Below are positions 63,610-64,000 of a DNA stretch of 64,000 nt, one piece after another (positions within the stretch are counted from its first letter, which is position 1; each line of letters begins with the position of its first letter). Position numbers and translations under genes: made by a program. Location of the stretch: NCBI GenBank assembly GCA_038087875.1, contig JAXLNO010000259.1, forward strand, positions 186,001-250,000, in the 5' to 3' direction. Source of the DNA: Malacoraja senta (lineage: Eukaryota). The notes under the pieces were generated by a model. That model was not told where the DNA came from. It did no database searches and saw only the letters and a program-made list of their open reading frames with translations.

Positions 63610-64000
63610 CTAGCCGGTTTGCTACCCCATAAAAATTTTGATATTGTCCTTTCTAATTCATCAAAAAAAGATTTAGTGATAAGTATAGGGACGTGCTGGA
63701 AAAGATACAGGAATTTGGGTAGGACGACCATCTTGACCAGATTTATCCGGCCCACGAGGGATAGCGGTAAAACTGACCAGCGGTCAAAATCTCTTTCGGC
63801 TTTTTCAACCAGAGGCAGAAAGTTTCTGCGGAACATATCAGATAAGTATATTGTGATAAAAACGCCGAGATAGCGAAACCCGTCCTCTGCCCATTTGAAT
63901 GAGGTTAAAGAGCGAGGAAGCTGCTTAGCCAATGAGTTAATCGGTAATAGCTCACTCTTTTGGTAGTTAAGTTTATAACCAGAATACGCACCAAACCGTT
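63607..64000 (-). mobile_element. L1 ORF2 fragment, right flank of DIRS-2, runs off the window end
   Basis: FRYLGV, LPLSLVGRINLVKMVVLPKFLYLFQ, FLWGSKPAR; rejoins 58543 in frame. Confidence 0.88.

Overview
Eukaryotic, vertebrate-type DNA almost entirely made of nested retroelements. The family mix (CR1/HER1-like LINEs with (TTCTATGT)n tails, V-SINE/HE1-like SINEs, Penelope fragments) suggests a cartilaginous fish such as a skate or ray; this is inference. Contents: several CR1-clade LINEs, Penelope-like elements (PLEs) with minimal hammerhead motifs including a ~0.8-kb near-perfect palindrome, Rex1/Babar fragments, one full-length L1 with TSD plus two L1 fragments, two complete DIRS1-type tyrosine-recombinase elements (ITR/ICR, precise 3-bp ATT cores), a Crack/L2-type LINE, and a 1.6-kb tandem duplication. 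The most notable structure is a ~10.1-kb head-to-tail array (about 2.4 units, core unit ~3,946 bp) of a Hero/R2-superfamily RLE retrotransposon at 41791-51891. Each unit ends in a motif holding the hammerhead core segments (GUA, GAAA, CUGAUGA) with perfect 6-bp stems I and III, but in a non-circularly permuted strand order and with an unresolved stem II. The array begins inside the inter-unit spacer rather than at a tail. Together these suggest ribozyme-processed, possibly circular-RNA/rolling-circle retrotransposition. No host gene is confidently identified (one possible exon near 13.8-14.2 kb). Coordinates were read by eye and may be off by a few bases.
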